Assembly (NCBI GenBank): GCA_903862855.1 | Contig: CAIOZW010000046.1 | Location: 18,587-82,586 of the forward strand | Source of the DNA: an uncultured Acidobacteriota bacterium | GTDB lineage: Bacteria > Acidobacteriota > Blastocatellia > RBC074 | Direction of reading: 5' to 3' | Length of the DNA stretch: 64,000 nt | Shown here: piece by piece, positions 61,860-64,000 of the stretch | Layout of the letters: each line of letters opens with the position of its first letter | Numbering within the stretch: position 1 is the stretch's first letter | Notes under the pieces: generated by a model | Seen by the model: only the letters and a program-made list of their open reading frames with translations | Database searches by the model: none | Told to the model about the DNA's origin: nothing | Program-made: the position numbers and the translations under genes

Positions 61860-62885
61860 ATGGTTTCCAAACAGTACAAGATGACCGACCGGTTGAGGGT
61901 GCTCGTGTCGTCGGCGTTGCTTGTGGTCACGCTCTGCGGAGGTGTGATTCTTGCCCAGTCACCTCCCGCCACACCTCCGAAGACTCAGCCGGGCCAGCAG
62001 AGTCAGTCCCCATCGAAGGTCGAAGGTCGATCTGATGAGCGGATCCGCCTCGATACCGACATCGTCACCCTGACCGTGACGGTAACCGATCCATACAATC
62101 GTCTCGTCACCGGGCTCGATCGCCAGCATTTTGAAGTCTTTGAGGACAAGGTCAAGCAGTCGATCGAGTTCTTCAGTGACGATGATGTCCCGGTCAGCCT
62201 GGGAATCGTCTTCGATGTCTCGGGAAGCATGAAGGGCAAGATGGATCGCGCACGGGAATCGCTTCGGGCATTCATCGAGACCAGCCACCGCGAAGACGAC
62301 TTTTTTCTCGTCGGCTTCAATCAACGTGCCAATCTGATTGCGGAATTCTCTGATGGCGATACCCTCGCCAACAAATTGACCCTCATCGACGCAAAGGGGC
62401 AGACGGCACTCTACGATGCATCCTATCTCGGCATCGAGAAGGTCAAGCAGGGACGCCATTCGAAACGAGCCCTTCTATTGATCTCGGATGGTCAGGACAA
62501 TTCTTCCCGTTATACCTATGGCGAATTGCGGAAGCTGCTCCGCGAAGCGGGTGTCCAGATCTACTCTATTGGTATCGTCGAGATGGGTGGATCTGCCGGT
62601 GGAACGCTTGACATGCAGGGACAGGCAATTCTGGAAGAGATTGCGCAGGTAACGGGCGGAAAGGCCTTCTTCCCGCGCTCAGCTGCCGAACTTGAGGATG
62701 CAACGACCCGTATCGCCCTCGAATTGCGCCACCAGTACAGCATTGGCTACTCGCCAACCAATGTCAATCGTGACGGTCAGTGGCACAAGATCAAGGTGCA
62801 GGTAAAACCCCCACGCGGCCTGCCGAGTCTGAAGGTCCAGCACAAAGAGGGCTATTATGCAATCACGCGCAAGGCTGGACCATAA
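61860..62885 (+). CDS. Secreted von Willebrand factor A (VWA) domain protein.
   Basis: Signal peptide. VWA/MIDAS motif DVSGSM and GQTALYDA ... LISDGQDNSS. Start at ATG 61860, with AGGAG 8 nt upstream. Confidence 0.7.
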   Translation: MVSKQYKMTDRLRVLVSSALLVVTLCGGVILAQSPPATPPKTQPGQQSQSPSKVEGRSDERIRLDTDIVTLTVTVTDPYNRLVTGLDRQHFEVFEDKVKQSIEFFSDDDVPVSLGIVFDVSGSMKGKMDRARESLRAFIETSHREDDFFLVGFNQRANLIAEFSDGDTLANKLTLIDAKGQTALYDASYLGIEKVKQGRHSKRALLLISDGQDNSSRYTYGELRKLLREAGVQIYSIGIVEMGGSAGGTLDMQGQAILEEIAQVTGGKAFFPRSAAELEDATTRIALELRHQYSIGYSPTNVNRDGQWHKIKVQVKPPRGLPSLKVQHKEGYYAITRKAGP

Positions 62886-62961
62886 ATGATGAGCATCGAC
62901 TGAGTTGAGAATCGGGCCCGGCAGTCCTTGACTAACCGGATGACTTCCGGGCAATTCTCTT

Positions 62962-63360
62962 CTACTCGGAATCTGACTGCTGATCCTTGTCCTTTTTGCG
63001 GGGGCGCCCCTTCTTCTCCTTGCCAAAGCTCCCGACAGCATCTTCCTCTGTCTTATGGCTCTCAATCAGATCGAGAAGCTGAGTAATCCGGAGAGCTCCG
63101 TAGACCCGATCGGTCAATCCGACCAATTTGAGCACCCCGCCCGCCCCATGCACCTTGGTATAGGCACGGACGATCTCTCCAATCCCCATGCTGTCGATGA
63201 TCGGCACATCGGTCAGATTGAGAAGAACCTTGTTGGTTCCAGCCGTCAGAACCTTGTCGATAAGAATCTGGAGCTGGTGGCCGCCCTGCCCCTTGATAAA
63301 TTTCCCCTTCAGATCGAGCACCGCAATGGTGCCGTTGTAATGTATACCTATCGTCATCAT
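62962..63360 (-). CDS. STAS-domain anti-sigma-factor antagonist (SpoIIAA/RsbV-like) with a basic C-terminal tail.
   Basis: ILDLKGKF ... PIIDSMGIGEIV ... GGVLKLVGL STAS pattern. Start placed at the ATG pair 63360/63357; the ORF-track start is a TTG. Confidence 0.55.
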   Translation of the reverse strand: MMTIGIHYNGTIAVLDLKGKFIKGQGGHQLQILIDKVLTAGTNKVLLNLTDVPIIDSMGIGEIVRAYTKVHGAGGVLKLVGLTDRVYGALRITQLLDLIESHKTEEDAVGSFGKEKKGRPRKKDKDQQSDSE

Positions 63361-63779
63361 AACTGGGATATCCCAAAGCAAAAGCCATCGGCGATGGTTC
63401 TTGTCCTGGAGATCAAGGTTGATCAGAAATCAGGACGACCATCATTGAAAGAGATGTTGCCGAGGCTGTAATCAATAGTCAAATCAAGTCAAACTCGGGA
63501 CGTGCAGATTCGTCCATTCAAGAAGAACTTTGATCTTACACGCTTGTACCTTTCAGGGGAAGCTGAATGAGTGAACTTTGTCACACTCTTTTTCTGCAGT
63601 CGCGGGGTAGAGGGGACGATAGACTCATCCAGACAGGGTGTTGAGCCGGTTTCGAAAAAACTCGACGACTTGAACACGCGAGTAAAAATAGAGGATTTTG
63701 CCAAAGCCTTGAAAGGATGATCACGGACTGAATCGTCCGTGATCTGGTGCCAGGCCCGCTCGTCAGTATCTCTGCCCAT

Positions 63780-64000
63780 TCACCCCTCCTTCCCACTCTG
63801 ACCCGAACCGAACGAGATTCGCTTCTCGGCCAGCTCGATCAGGCGAACCTCGACTCGCTGGTTGATGCTGCCATAGGGAAAGTGGCCCTGGAGGTCACGG
63901 GAACCGGCGGGGAGACCAGTCAGGATTTCGATCCCCTCATCGATGGTACTGACCGGATGTATGTGGAACTGCCCGGCCGCGACTGCCGCGACGACATCGT
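63780..64000 (-). CDS. 3'-terminal fragment of a Lon-family (S16) protease-like gene, continuing beyond the window end.
   Basis: The C-terminal peptide ...GQFHIHPVSTIDEGIEILTGLP... resembles the Lon proteolytic-domain end (IHPVKRIEEVLTLAL). The frame is open to the window edge. Confidence 0.4.
   Translation of the reverse strand, partial: DVVAAVAAGQFHIHPVSTIDEGIEILTGLPAGSRDLQGHFPYGSINQRVEVRLIELAEKRISFGSGQSGKEG

Overview
This 64 kb window is high-GC (roughly 60%), dense bacterial chromosome. Gene content, with many signal-peptide beta-propeller proteins and a CadC-like regulator carrying a periplasmic TolB propeller, fits an Acidobacteria-like genome, though no rRNA is present to confirm.

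Housekeeping blocks:
- A co-directional plus-strand string: aroC, def, fmt, rsmB, a DapA-family aldolase, an SGNH plus alpha/beta-hydrolase fusion, an AzgA-like purine permease and an M28 peptidase.
- A minus-strand cell-shape operon, mreB-mreC-mreD-mrdA(PBP2)-rodA, followed by an RNase E/G gene.
- recD2, plsC, a GH3 and a GH57 glycosidase, an MscS channel, and an elongator-type tRNA(CAT).
- A three-subunit xanthine-dehydrogenase-family molybdenum hydroxylase (TAT small subunit, large, FAD medium).
- A hydantoinase/oxoprolinase A/B pair.

Most notable observations:
1. An ArsC/Spx-family thioredoxin-fold gene carries an in-frame TGA exactly where the first Cys of the CxxC motif belongs, giving U-x-x-C. 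A stem-loop sits 14 nt downstream. This is a strong selenoprotein candidate.
2. An accessory locus (13.4-24 kb) holds two very large secreted beta-propeller proteins, one FG-GAP/integrin-like and one Kelch-like. They share a ~280 aa unassigned cysteine-containing C-terminal domain ending in ...TASLTIPVFPA. Each is followed by a ~96% identical ~215 bp non-coding element. The second copy even carries a 14-codon remnant of the neighbouring regulator's 3' end. The CadC-like winged-helix/TM/TolB-propeller regulator sits between them, divergent from the Kelch gene across a 730 bp AT-rich region. The Kelch N-terminal part has anomalously low GC, suggesting a mosaic or acquired origin.
3. hyuA and hyuB are separated by two inserted genes, a membrane/periplasmic hypothetical and a secreted HEAT-repeat protein, within one tightly coupled operon.
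4. The RNase E/G has a ~390 aa low-complexity acidic/arginine-rich insertion splitting its S1 domain.
5. A repeat-rich 500 bp non-coding tract lies next to the tRNA.
6. There is an orphan Flp pilin gene.
7. A Cys-rich 73 aa ORF follows the Mo-hydroxylase operon.

No CRISPR arrays, transposases or integrases were seen.
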